NCBI GenBank assembly: GCA_964388035.1
Contig: CAYLZE010000065.1
Coordinates: forward strand, 1-29,560
Origin: an uncultured archaeon
GTDB lineage: Archaea > Asgardarchaeota > Lokiarchaeia > Sigyniarchaeales > SOKP01
DNA: 29,560 bases
Reading direction: 5' to 3'
Of this stretch, positions 20,214-29,051 are shown piece by piece. A program made the position numbers and the translations under genes. The notes below the pieces were generated by a model. It was not told the origin of the DNA and made no database searches. It worked only from the letters and a program-made list of their open reading frames with translations. Position 1 is the first letter of the stretch, and each line of letters begins with the position of its first letter.

Positions 20214-21767
20214 ATGATTAATCATAATGATAACACAAGCGAAATTTCTTCATATCCCGTAATTGTCATTGGTGCTGGTCTCGGTGGCATAGGGGCAGCA
20301 TGTCAACTCGCGTTATCGGGCGAGAAGGTTTTATTGCTTGAAAAGCATAATGTCCCGGGAGGTTTTGCTACTTCTTTTGTAAGGGGAAGATTTGAGTTTG
20401 AAGGCGCTTTACATGAACTAAGTGATATTGGAAGAAATGAAGGAAATAAAGGGACACTAAGAAGGTTCTTGGAAAGAATTGGTGTTTTTCCAAATAAAAT
20501 CGAATTTAAGCAAGTTCCGGAATTCTATAGAAGTATATTTAGTGATGGATTTGATGTAACAATGCCGATTACCTTCGATGGGTATCAAGACAAGCTAATA
20601 GAACTATTTCCTCACGAGGAAAAGGGAATTGAGGGATTCATGGAAATGCTAAAAGCTGTTTTGGCAGGGATCGAATTTGTTGCTTCCCAGGGGGGAAAAT
20701 TCAATCCCATGGAAGTGTTAAAAAAACATCCCTGGCTTCCCAGAGTATCCGGGCTCACGCTATCAGAAGTATATGAGAAATTTTTCACCGATCCTAAATT
20801 AATAGCTTTAATTTCCCAACTATGGGGGTATATTGGACTACCTCCTGACAGGGTAAATGCCTATGCATATCTCGCCATGTTAGTATTTTACTTAAATTGG
20901 GGGGCAGCTTATCCTATTGGACGCTCTCATGCATTCACAAGTGCGATGATTGATGCTTTTAAAGAGCTTGGTGGCGAAGTTAGGTTTAATGCCTTGGTAG
21001 ATCAGATACTCGTTGAAGATGGTAAAGTTGCCGGGGTAGAGCTTCTTAACGGCGATATTTATAAATCAAAAGCAGTCATTTCTAATGTAAATCCTATTTG
21101 TACCGCCATGAAAATGTTTCCGGAAAAGGTAATTTCTGATGATTATAAAAAATCAATTTATGCCCCGGAGATAGGTCCATCAGGGCTTTCTGTCTATTTA
21201 GGATTAAATGCCTCTCATCAAGAATTAGGCTTTACCGTCCATGAAACCTTTATCAATGATACATACGACATGAACCTTGGATTTAAGGGATTCACTAATT
21301 TAGAACCTCCAAAATACATGGTTGCTGCTTGTTATAATCATATCTATGATGAGATTACTCCTCCCGGTACCACCCAAATCGTTCTTACCTCCCTTCAATT
21401 CGGGAAATTGTGGCAAAATGTAGCACCCGATCAATATTTTCATTTAAAAGATTATTTAGGTGATAAGATGGTAGAGCTGGCGGAAAGAACCATATGTCCC
21501 AATATTCGAGATTATATTGAAGTCGCTGAAGTTGCCACCCCCCTCACTTATTATCGGTACTCTAAAAATATCGAAGGTGCTATTTACGGATACACCCAAG
21601 ACATATTAAACGGTCCCTTGCTTCGCTTAAAAAGCAGGGGTGCGATACCGGGGCATTATCAAGTAGGGGCTTGGACAAACGTGGGCGGAGGATTCTCAAC
21701 CAGTATTTTAGGCGGAAGAATCGCCGCGGGCATGTATTTAAAAGATAAAAAAACGGGGAGGGTATAA
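20214..21767 (+). CDS. Phytoene dehydrogenase-like FAD oxidoreductase (COG1233; CrtI/retinol saturase-like)
   Basis: Contains VIVIGAGLGG, LEKHNVPGG, FEFEGALH, ATPLTYYRY...GAIYG and GGGF motifs. Confidence 0.9.
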   Translation: MINHNDNTSEISSYPVIVIGAGLGGIGAACQLALSGEKVLLLEKHNVPGGFATSFVRGRFEFEGALHELSDIGRNEGNKGTLRRFLERIGVFPNKIEFKQVPEFYRSIFSDGFDVTMPITFDGYQDKLIELFPHEEKGIEGFMEMLKAVLAGIEFVASQGGKFNPMEVLKKHPWLPRVSGLTLSEVYEKFFTDPKLIALISQLWGYIGLPPDRVNAYAYLAMLVFYLNWGAAYPIGRSHAFTSAMIDAFKELGGEVRFNALVDQILVEDGKVAGVELLNGDIYKSKAVISNVNPICTAMKMFPEKVISDDYKKSIYAPEIGPSGLSVYLGLNASHQELGFTVHETFINDTYDMNLGFKGFTNLEPPKYMVAACYNHIYDEITPPGTTQIVLTSLQFGKLWQNVAPDQYFHLKDYLGDKMVELAERTICPNIRDYIEVAEVATPLTYYRYSKNIEGAIYGYTQDILNGPLLRLKSRGAIPGHYQVGAWTNVGGGFSTSILGGRIAAGMYLKDKKTGRV

Positions 21768-22966
21768 TGATGGATGATATAATGAAAGATGTTAAGAAAT
21801 ACCAACAAGCAGAAAAGTTGAAGAAATGGAGGGATGAAGTGCAGTCAATTCCCTGGTATTATGACGGTTTAGAAAGTTTAGCCAGCCGGATACATCCTGT
21901 AAAACAATATTTAAGAGTAACGGATATTTATAAATTGTCTCACGATACCAAACTCTATCGATTTGTTTCCGCGAAGGCGGACCAACCGTTATCCCCTTTT
22001 AGAGCGGGTCAATATATTGGAGTTACCGTGGAAATTAAAGGTGTTCGCACCTCTCGTCCATATTCTCTGGTGTCTTCTCCTAATCAGTTAGCATATTATG
22101 AATTGGGTATTCGAAAGAAAGAGGGGGGATTTGTTAGCCCATATATTTATCAAAACCTTAAAATTGGAGATATCCTAGAAGCAACAGAACCCTTAGGCAA
22201 TCTATATCATAATCCTATCTTTCATGGAAATAACCTTGTATTTATTGCGGGAGGATGTGGCATTACTCCCTTCATATCATTAATGCGAAATATCACAGAG
22301 AAAACCTTGCCATTAAATGTATCCTTGATTTTTGGATGTGTAAGAGAATCTGATATCCTTTTCAGAGAAGAATTGATGGATATGGCTTCCAGAAGAGAAA
22401 ATATTAATGTCAATTTTGTTTTGTCTGAACCTGATGCGGATTGGAAGGGAGATTGCGGATTTATCACCAAAGACATCATTCTAAAAACAATCGGATCAAT
22501 TGAAAAAAAATACTTTTTCGTTGTAGGAAATCGAGCAATGTATGAATTCATTAAACAAGAATTAGCAAATCTAAAGGTTCCAAAGCATCGTGTTAAATTT
22601 GAGGCTTATGGCGTTCCTGATGATATAACTAAAGTACTAGGCTGGCCTCCACATTTAAACTCCGCTCATAAGGTGAAAATAAAAGTCGATTATTTTAAAT
22701 CTGGAAGCAAAACAGAGAAAATTTTCGATGCTCCCTGCACAGAGCCCCTCCTAAATAGCATTGAAAGAGAATTAGGATTGGAATTACGACTTAAAAGTGC
22801 TTGTAGAAGTGGAGAATGTGCATTTTGCAGGACAAAACTGGTATCAGGAAAGGTATTTTTGCCTCCTGACGTTGTTATAAGAGAAAGTGATCAAAAATAT
22901 GGATTCATCCATCCCTGCGTTTCTTATCCCATTTCTGATATACGCGTTGATCTTACTACCATTTAA
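21767..22966 (+). CDS. FAD/NAD(P)-binding oxidoreductase with C-terminal [2Fe-2S] domain (PaaE/KshB-like)
   Basis: Contains FRAGQY, RPYSLVS, GFVS, IAGGCGITP and CRSGECAFC...C motifs. Its start overlaps the upstream stop (TAATG), with GGGAGGG upstream. Confidence 0.9.
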   Translation: MMDDIMKDVKKYQQAEKLKKWRDEVQSIPWYYDGLESLASRIHPVKQYLRVTDIYKLSHDTKLYRFVSAKADQPLSPFRAGQYIGVTVEIKGVRTSRPYSLVSSPNQLAYYELGIRKKEGGFVSPYIYQNLKIGDILEATEPLGNLYHNPIFHGNNLVFIAGGCGITPFISLMRNITEKTLPLNVSLIFGCVRESDILFREELMDMASRRENINVNFVLSEPDADWKGDCGFITKDIILKTIGSIEKKYFFVVGNRAMYEFIKQELANLKVPKHRVKFEAYGVPDDITKVLGWPPHLNSAHKVKIKVDYFKSGSKTEKIFDAPCTEPLLNSIERELGLELRLKSACRSGECAFCRTKLVSGKVFLPPDVVIRESDQKYGFIHPCVSYPISDIRVDLTTI

Positions 22967-22982
22967 TTTTTTTTATTTCATT

Positions 22983-23798
22983 TCATTTTCCTTTAAAATT
23001 AGGATCTCTCTTTTCTTTTAAAGCTTTCATGGATTCTCGAAAATCATAGGTTGCAAAACATTTGCGTAAAGCTTTATTTTCTAAATCCAAGGTTTTTATT
23101 AGAATATCTCGAAAATAAGAATGCATGGTTTTTTTCATTAATTTAATGGAAAGAGAAGGCCCCTTCGGTGGCATTAGTCTTTGTGCCTGTTCTCGAGCAA
23201 AGGGAAGTAACTCTTCTGCGGGTAATACTTTATTTACAAGACCTAACTTCAAGGCCTCCTGTGCCGTGATTTTATCCCCATAAAAAATGATTTCTTTTGC
23301 TTTTTGAAATCCTAAATAAAAAGGAAGAATAAAGGAATTTGCAAATTCCGGAATGATCCCTCTATTTATGAAATAAAATCCCAACCAAGCATCTTCTGCC
23401 ATGTATATTAAATCAGCCCCAACCAAGGGCATGGTAATCGCTCCACCGATTGCCATTCCATTTATTGCCACGATAATGGGTTTAGGAAAATCCCATAACT
23501 TCAAGCAGAGTTTTTTCTGGGCGATATCCATTAAATCGATCTCAGGGTATTGTTGCAGCTTGTTGAACATGGCTTTCGTGAAGTATCCTCCCGATGAGAA
23601 AGCATTCCCTTTGGGATCTCCTGTAATGATAAGGACATGGGCGTGCTTATCTTTTTCCATGTCTTCCAAGACATGATGCATTTCCAAAAAAGTCACGTAG
23701 GTTACCGCATTTCTGCGCTCTGGACGACTGATTGTAATAGTGCATAACCCATTACCCTCTTTTTCATATTTAATATCTTCAAAATCTTCAATCTTCAT
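22983..23798 (-). CDS. Enoyl-CoA hydratase/isomerase (crotonase) family protein
   Basis: Contains RPERRNA, PKPIIVAINGMAIGG, ITAQEALKLGLVNKV and EKRDPNFKG motifs. Confidence 0.92.
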   Translation of the reverse strand: MKIEDFEDIKYEKEGNGLCTITISRPERRNAVTYVTFLEMHHVLEDMEKDKHAHVLIITGDPKGNAFSSGGYFTKAMFNKLQQYPEIDLMDIAQKKLCLKLWDFPKPIIVAINGMAIGGAITMPLVGADLIYMAEDAWLGFYFINRGIIPEFANSFILPFYLGFQKAKEIIFYGDKITAQEALKLGLVNKVLPAEELLPFAREQAQRLMPPKGPSLSIKLMKKTMHSYFRDILIKTLDLENKALRKCFATYDFRESMKALKEKRDPNFKGK

Positions 23799-24139
23799 TT
23801 TAGTTCAATCGTGATTTGACAAATATCTATAGATTGTATTTAATGCTTTTTATTATTAATACTTTTAAATTTTTTAATTTTGCATGGCAAGTGAACATGC
23901 AGCAAATCTGATAATGGCATGGTATTAAAAATCTTACTTATTCTTTAAAAGTAATATATATCACTTTTATTTTATAAAAAAGTCATTCATTATTTCCTTT
24001 TAATTTTAGATAATTGATCCATGAAATTATTTCATGAGAGAAGGATATTATAAGATAATTGAAACTCTTAACAGTTCATAAATTAAAGTTTCTATTTTAA
24101 ATCAGTTTAGATTGTTATTTAGAAAATAAGAGAAGAAAA

Positions 24140-24715
24140 ATGCCTTTTGTCCCAATACAATTTAGGGATCTAATTTTTGATCCGAAAGTTCAAGAAATGT
24201 GCGTATCTTCGAGTTTTAAATGTCCTTATTATAATCATTCTTGGAGTTGTCCACCCAGAGCGCCATATCTTGAAAAAGCCGTTTCTACATGTAATGATTT
24301 TTATTCAATCTATTCCCTTTTCGATTTAGAGTCTTATATTAAAAAGCAAAAAGAAATAAATCCGGATAGATCCGAATTTTATATAAAAAGCATGTTTTTA
24401 TTAACGAAATCTTTTGAATTGAATAATTTGGAGGGAGAATTTGAAAAATTCTTATCTCAGCATGCTAAAGAATATAAAAAAAGATTGCTCTTATATGATG
24501 GAACGTGTCGGTATTGTGCCCTCCAAGGAGCAGGTAAATGCACCTTTGATGATAATTTACCCTGCCGATTTCCCAAAGATAGAAGATATTCGATGGAAGC
24601 AGTGGGAATAGAAGTTATTTCCTCCGTTATGAATTTAGTGAAAAAATCAAAATTAGAGATTGAGTATCCTTCCAAAAAATATTCTTATAGATTTGGATTA
24701 GCTTGTTTTAAATAG
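24140..24715 (+). CDS. DUF2284-family predicted metal-binding protein
   Basis: Contains C...CPYYNHSWSCPP, GTCRYC, CRFP and YSMEAVGI motifs. Confidence 0.85.
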   Translation: MPFVPIQFRDLIFDPKVQEMCVSSSFKCPYYNHSWSCPPRAPYLEKAVSTCNDFYSIYSLFDLESYIKKQKEINPDRSEFYIKSMFLLTKSFELNNLEGEFEKFLSQHAKEYKKRLLLYDGTCRYCALQGAGKCTFDDNLPCRFPKDRRYSMEAVGIEVISSVMNLVKKSKLEIEYPSKKYSYRFGLACFK

Positions 24716-24906
24716 CACTAATTTTCAAAATCTGAAGAATATCGCAAAAGAGTTCAAAATTATTAACTAATAGTAGTTAATCTATCTGACAATTTTCTCA
24801 GATCTATTATGTCTCATTAAATACATTGAGTTAAAAAAAATCATAATCGGATCCCTCATTTGCATCGAGTTTTTCTTTAACTAGGTTTTCAACTTTTTCT
24901 TATTCT

Positions 24907-24919
24907 AAAAGTATAAATA
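24907..24919 (+). promoter_or_regulatory. Candidate BRE/TATA promoter of the thiolase-DUF35 operon
   Basis: AAAAGTATAAATA about 70 nt upstream of the ATG at 24990. The AT-rich context limits confidence. Confidence 0.35.
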
Positions 24920-24989
24920 TATCCTAAAGTCAATTTTAACATATTAATTTATATCGATAATAAAATTAAATGAGATCTAAAATTGTGAT

Positions 24990-26147
24990 ATGAAGTCAAA
25001 TTTAGGTAAGGTAGCGATTGTTGGCGTTGCACAGACAAAATACGAGGAGAACAAAATTGATCAAACCATGATGGAAATGGTATTCGAAGCGGTTAAGAAA
25101 CTATTCGATGGTTTAGGGATTTCGAATGATGACGTGGGAAGCGTGATCACCAGCTCAAATGACTTTAATGACGGAAGAACCATCGCAAACATGGCAATTC
25201 AAGATGCTGTTGGCTCGGTAAGAAAATCCGAATCAAGAGTTTCTGGAGATGGCGCCTTTGCTTATGTTTATGCTGCAATGAGGGTATTATCAGAAGAGTA
25301 TGATACCGTGATGGTGGTATCCCATGATAAATGCTCTGAAGGAGATCAGTATCTCATCAATAACTCGATTTTCGACCCTTACTTTCAAAGACATCTCGGG
25401 TTAGACCAAATATCCTCTGCGGGATTAATGGCTAACATGTACATGAAGAAATATGGAACCAGCATTGAACAAGCAGCGAAAGTTGTCGTGAAAAATCGGA
25501 AAAATGCGTTAAATAATCCAAATGCGCATTTACAAAAACAAGTTTCGCTAGACGAGGTATTGAATTCTCCGATGCTTGCTTACCCCTTAAAAAAATTAGA
25601 TTTTCCCCCATTTTCTGATGGAGCAGTAGTAATGCTATTAGCGAACGAGAAGAAAGCAAAAGAGCTAACGGATACGCCTGTATGGCTCAAAGGATATGCA
25701 AGTTGTACCGATGCTTATTATCTTGGGCATAGAACGATGACTGATTTGATTGGATTAGAGTTAGCTGCCAAGGAAGCTTATAAAATGGCAGGGATTACAG
25801 ATCCAGTAAAAGAAATCGATGTCGCAGAAGTCTATGACGCATTTTCTGTTCATGAATTAATGAGTTATGAGGCACTAGGGTTTTGCAATAAAGGAGAGGG
25901 AGGAAAATTCATGGATAGCGGAGCGACTCAAATGAATGGTGCGATTCCCGTGAATCCTTCTGGAGGTGTCTTATCCAGCAATCCCACCATGGCAAATGGA
26001 TTAATAAGGGTTGCAGAAATTGCATTGCAATTAATGGAAAAAGCAGGCAAGCGCCAAATTCCTGATGCAAAAATAGGCTTAGCCAATGGAATGAATGGAA
26101 TTTGTTCACAAGGAAATTGTGTATTGATCTTTGGAGGTGAAAATTAA
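24990..26147 (+). CDS. Thiolase-fold (SCP-x/Ltp4-like) protein, subunit 1
   Basis: Contains VAIVGVAQT, NRKNALNNPNA, SDGAVVMLL, IDVAEVYDAF and VNPSGG motifs. It lacks the canonical nucleophile Cys. Confidence 0.9.
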   Translation: MKSNLGKVAIVGVAQTKYEENKIDQTMMEMVFEAVKKLFDGLGISNDDVGSVITSSNDFNDGRTIANMAIQDAVGSVRKSESRVSGDGAFAYVYAAMRVLSEEYDTVMVVSHDKCSEGDQYLINNSIFDPYFQRHLGLDQISSAGLMANMYMKKYGTSIEQAAKVVVKNRKNALNNPNAHLQKQVSLDEVLNSPMLAYPLKKLDFPPFSDGAVVMLLANEKKAKELTDTPVWLKGYASCTDAYYLGHRTMTDLIGLELAAKEAYKMAGITDPVKEIDVAEVYDAFSVHELMSYEALGFCNKGEGGKFMDSGATQMNGAIPVNPSGGVLSSNPTMANGLIRVAEIALQLMEKAGKRQIPDAKIGLANGMNGICSQGNCVLIFGGEN

Positions 26148-26148
26148 A

Positions 26149-27351
26149 ATGCCGAAAAATGATGTGGCCGTAGTTGGAATCGGTCAGACAAAATTTAGAA
26201 GCAAGCGAAGAGATGTTAACATTCCTGAAATGATCTATGAAGCCGTTAAAATGGCTTTGGATGACGCTCAAATGGAACCAAAGGATATTGACGCCATCCT
26301 AATTGGCAATATATAATGTCATATCGATATTAAATGCTAAATGGATCATTTTGAAGGAATCAACTTTTCTGAGATGTGGTGTGGCATTGATGCAGCTCCT
26401 GGTTATTTAAAACCGGTAGTAAAAATTGCAACGGGAGGTACCACGGGCTCTTCCTTAGCTATATCCGGATATTTCAATGTAGCTTCAGGAATTTATAAAA
26501 ACGTCTTAGTCGTAGGATGGGAAAAACTAAATGAAGGAGGAGCCACTACGGGAATCATTACAGCATTTGATCCCGTATGGGAAAGACCTTCTCTAGCTGG
26601 GGCGCTCGGACCCTTGGCTTTAATGGCAAATATCTATGCCGATAAATACGGCATTACCTCTGAACAAGCGGCCAAAGTCACGGTGAAGAACCGGAGCAAT
26701 GCTGCGAATAACCCTTTTGCACATTTACAAATGCCCAATATCACCTTAGATTACGTGTTGAGCTCTCAAATGATTTCTTACCCCTTGCGCATTCACGACT
26801 GTTGTCCTCAAAGTGAAGGTGCTTGCGCGCTCATTTATGCCAATCAAGATGAGGCGAAAAAAATCACGGATAATCCCGCGTGGTTCAAGTCTGTAGCAAC
26901 GGCTCATTACTACACCTTTGGTACAGACGATATCATGTACGATTTGCCCACGGCTACCATTGCTTCCAAGAAAGCTTACAAAAAAGCGGGTATTCACGAT
27001 CCTGTTAAGGATTTAGATGTCGCAGAAATTTACGAACCAACTTCTTGGGCAGAACTGAGCTGGACGGAGGCTTTGGGATTTGCTAAACCGGGCGGTGGAG
27101 GTAAATTGTTAGATGAGGGAATCACGCAGATGAGCGGTGAATTACCAGTTAATCCTTCGGGGGGGGTATTGAGCACCAATCCCATCGGGGCAACCGCACT
27201 TGTTCGCGTGGCAGAAGCCGCCATCCAAGTTATGGGGCGAGGAGGGAAAAGACAAGTCCCGGATGTTGAAACCGCTCTGGCAATGGGATTTGGAGGCAGT
27301 CTTTGGACTGAATTAATGATCTTAGGTAAAGATCCAAAACCAGTGAGGTGA
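26149..27351 (+). CDS. Thiolase-fold (SCP-x/Ltp3-like) protein, subunit 2; join(26149..26310,26341..27351), 390 aa, interrupted by a 30-nt insert
   Basis: SD GGAGGTGA at 26133-26140 precedes the ATG at 26149. The N-part (VAVVGIGQTKF...DIDAILIGN) and C-part (MDHFEGIN...LDVAEIYE...VNPSGG) are in the same frame and separated by 30 nt with two TAA stops. The joined length is close to the 385-aa neighbour. Confidence 0.85.
26311..26340 (+). other. Candidate archaeal bulge-helix-bulge/loop mRNA intron (30 nt)
   Basis: Insert ATATAATGTCATATCGATATTAAATGCTAA. The central 4-bp helix is GGCA(26305-08)/TGCT(26335-38), with a 3-nt bulge AT^A, an internal hairpin TAATGTC/GATATTA, a 3' site AA^A and an outer helix ATCC/GGAT. 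Cutting after the second bulge nt at both sites removes exactly these 30 nt. Confidence 0.7.
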
Positions 27352-27356
27352 TTTTA

Positions 27357-27842
27357 ATGGGTAAAAAGAAAAATGAGGAAAAAGTTTTTGAAATTAAATG
27401 GAAAACCGATTTACCATACAAATGGGCAAAGGGCAAGTTAACCGTCAAGTTTTTTGAAGAATTGAAGAAAAACAAGAAAATTTTGGGAAGCAAGTGTCCA
27501 AAATGTGGAAAAGTTCACATGCCTCCGAGAGGGGTGTGTGCGGAGTGCTTGGTACAAATGACGGTCGACGACATGGTAGAATTACCTCCAAAAGGAACGT
27601 TAGAAGGTTTTACGGTTGTCAATTATCCGTTCACGGATCCAAATACTGGGGGAATGCGTCCCTTTCCCTACGGGTATGCCATATTCAAATTAGACGGGGC
27701 GAATACTTACATGATGCATTTTGTCAATGAAACCGATCCTAGTAAGTATAAAATAGGACAGCGCGTGGAAGCCGTTTTTAAAGAAAAACGGGAAGGGAAT
27801 CTAGGTGATATTCCTTATTTTAAATTAATCGAGGAGAAATGA
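27357..27842 (+). CDS. DUF35 Zn-ribbon/OB-fold protein (ChsH2-like, thiolase-associated)
   Basis: Contains ILGSKCPKCGKVHMPPRGVCAEC and IGQRVEAVF motifs. SD GAGGTGA precedes the ATG at 27357. Confidence 0.9.
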   Translation: MGKKKNEEKVFEIKWKTDLPYKWAKGKLTVKFFEELKKNKKILGSKCPKCGKVHMPPRGVCAECLVQMTVDDMVELPPKGTLEGFTVVNYPFTDPNTGGMRPFPYGYAIFKLDGANTYMMHFVNETDPSKYKIGQRVEAVFKEKREGNLGDIPYFKLIEEK

Positions 27843-28306
27843 ATGAGGTGGAAAAAATGAGCCAAGACATGGAAAAGAAAATTTTTAGAGGAAGGATTAA
27901 AGTCCCTTATAAACACACAGCGGGAGCTTACGTGGAAAAATTCATAACAGAGATTGCCAAAAATAACAAAATTTGGGGAGTAAAATGTCCAAAATGCCAA
28001 AAAGTCTACGTTCCTCCCAAAATGATATGTTTCAAATGCTTTGAAAAAATGGAGGAATGGGTTGAAATTGGAAATCAAGGAACCGTGGAAGGATTTACCG
28101 TGGTAACCCATTCCACTCCCGTGATGCCTTTAGAACCCCCATTTGCTTATGGAATCATAAAGCTTGATGGTGCGGACACCAATTTCGTTCACGTGATCAA
28201 AGAGGGAGATCCCAGCAAAATTGAAGTAGGCATGAGAGTTGAAGCGGTATTTAAAGAACAACCAAGGAAAAGAATCTTGGATATTGAATATTTCAAACCT
28301 ATTTAA
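27839..28306 (+). CDS. DUF35 Zn-ribbon/OB-fold protein (second copy)
   Basis: Contains IWGVKCPKCQKVYVPPKMICFKC and VGMRVEAVF motifs. ATGA overlap with the upstream gene. Confidence 0.9.
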   Translation: MNEVEKMSQDMEKKIFRGRIKVPYKHTAGAYVEKFITEIAKNNKIWGVKCPKCQKVYVPPKMICFKCFEKMEEWVEIGNQGTVEGFTVVTHSTPVMPLEPPFAYGIIKLDGADTNFVHVIKEGDPSKIEVGMRVEAVFKEQPRKRILDIEYFKPI

Positions 28307-28309
28307 ATC

Positions 28310-28331
28310 TTATTTCTTTTTTTTTTCTTTT
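28310..28331 (+). terminator. Poly-T terminator candidate for the thiolase-DUF35 operon
   Basis: Long T tract immediately after the 28306 stop codon. Confidence 0.4.
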
Positions 28332-28595
28332 GTAATATTTTCATGATATAGGACAGATCTACTCTAACTCATGTGCGTCCTTTAGAATAATGAAATTAGT
28401 TCCAATAATTTATTTATAATGTAATAGCTAGAGAACGGAAAGGTCAATTTTGATTAAAGATTAATACATTCGGTTTTTAATTTATTCTTTTAATGTGTTT
28501 AATATTAATTTCTTGGAAAAAAAAAGAACTAAAAAAATAAAAAATAAAAGAAAAAATACTATAATTTTTTCAAAACATTCATGTTTATGGTTTAT

Positions 28596-29051
28596 TTATC
28601 GGATAACTAAAACATCACAAGGAGCTGCATCTAATACGTGTTCTGGTACGGTACCTAAAATTCTCCTTTCTATAATATTATGTTTTCCCCCACTTCCTAA
28701 AATTACCAGATCGAATCCCTCTTCCTTGACTGCCTTCTTAACGTAATCTTCGGGTGGAATGTCAAATATAATTTTCGTTTCCAATTCTTGATTTTCTTTT
28801 TTAAACGTGTTCTTTGCCGTTTCCAAGATACTTTTACCCTCATCGATATAGTCTTGATGAAGAGAAAAAGTCGCCGCAGGATTTCCAACTGAAGAAGGAG
28901 TAAAACCCATATTTAGCTCTGCTAAATGATGGAGCACGGAGTGAAAGGCCACAATCTTGGCACCATCTTTCTTTGCATATTCTAATGCAGCTTGTATCAC
29001 TCGCATGGAATGTGTAGAACCATCAATACCAATTAAAATTTTCTTATACAT
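28596..29051 (-). CDS. Universal stress protein (UspA family)
   Basis: MYKKILIGIDGS...DLVILGS...LGTVPEHVLDAAPCDVLVIR. GGTGA SD upstream. Confidence 0.93.
   Translation of the reverse strand: MYKKILIGIDGSTHSMRVIQAALEYAKKDGAKIVAFHSVLHHLAELNMGFTPSSVGNPAATFSLHQDYIDEGKSILETAKNTFKKENQELETKIIFDIPPEDYVKKAVKEEGFDLVILGSGGKHNIIERRILGTVPEHVLDAAPCDVLVIR

Noticed and set aside
26308-26343. Ribosomal bypassing or stop readthrough as the explanation for the split thiolase
   Set aside because: Matching ATA or AAT landing codons in the insert would resume translation out of frame. Readthrough would need two TAA codons, which are not known Sec or Pyl codons.
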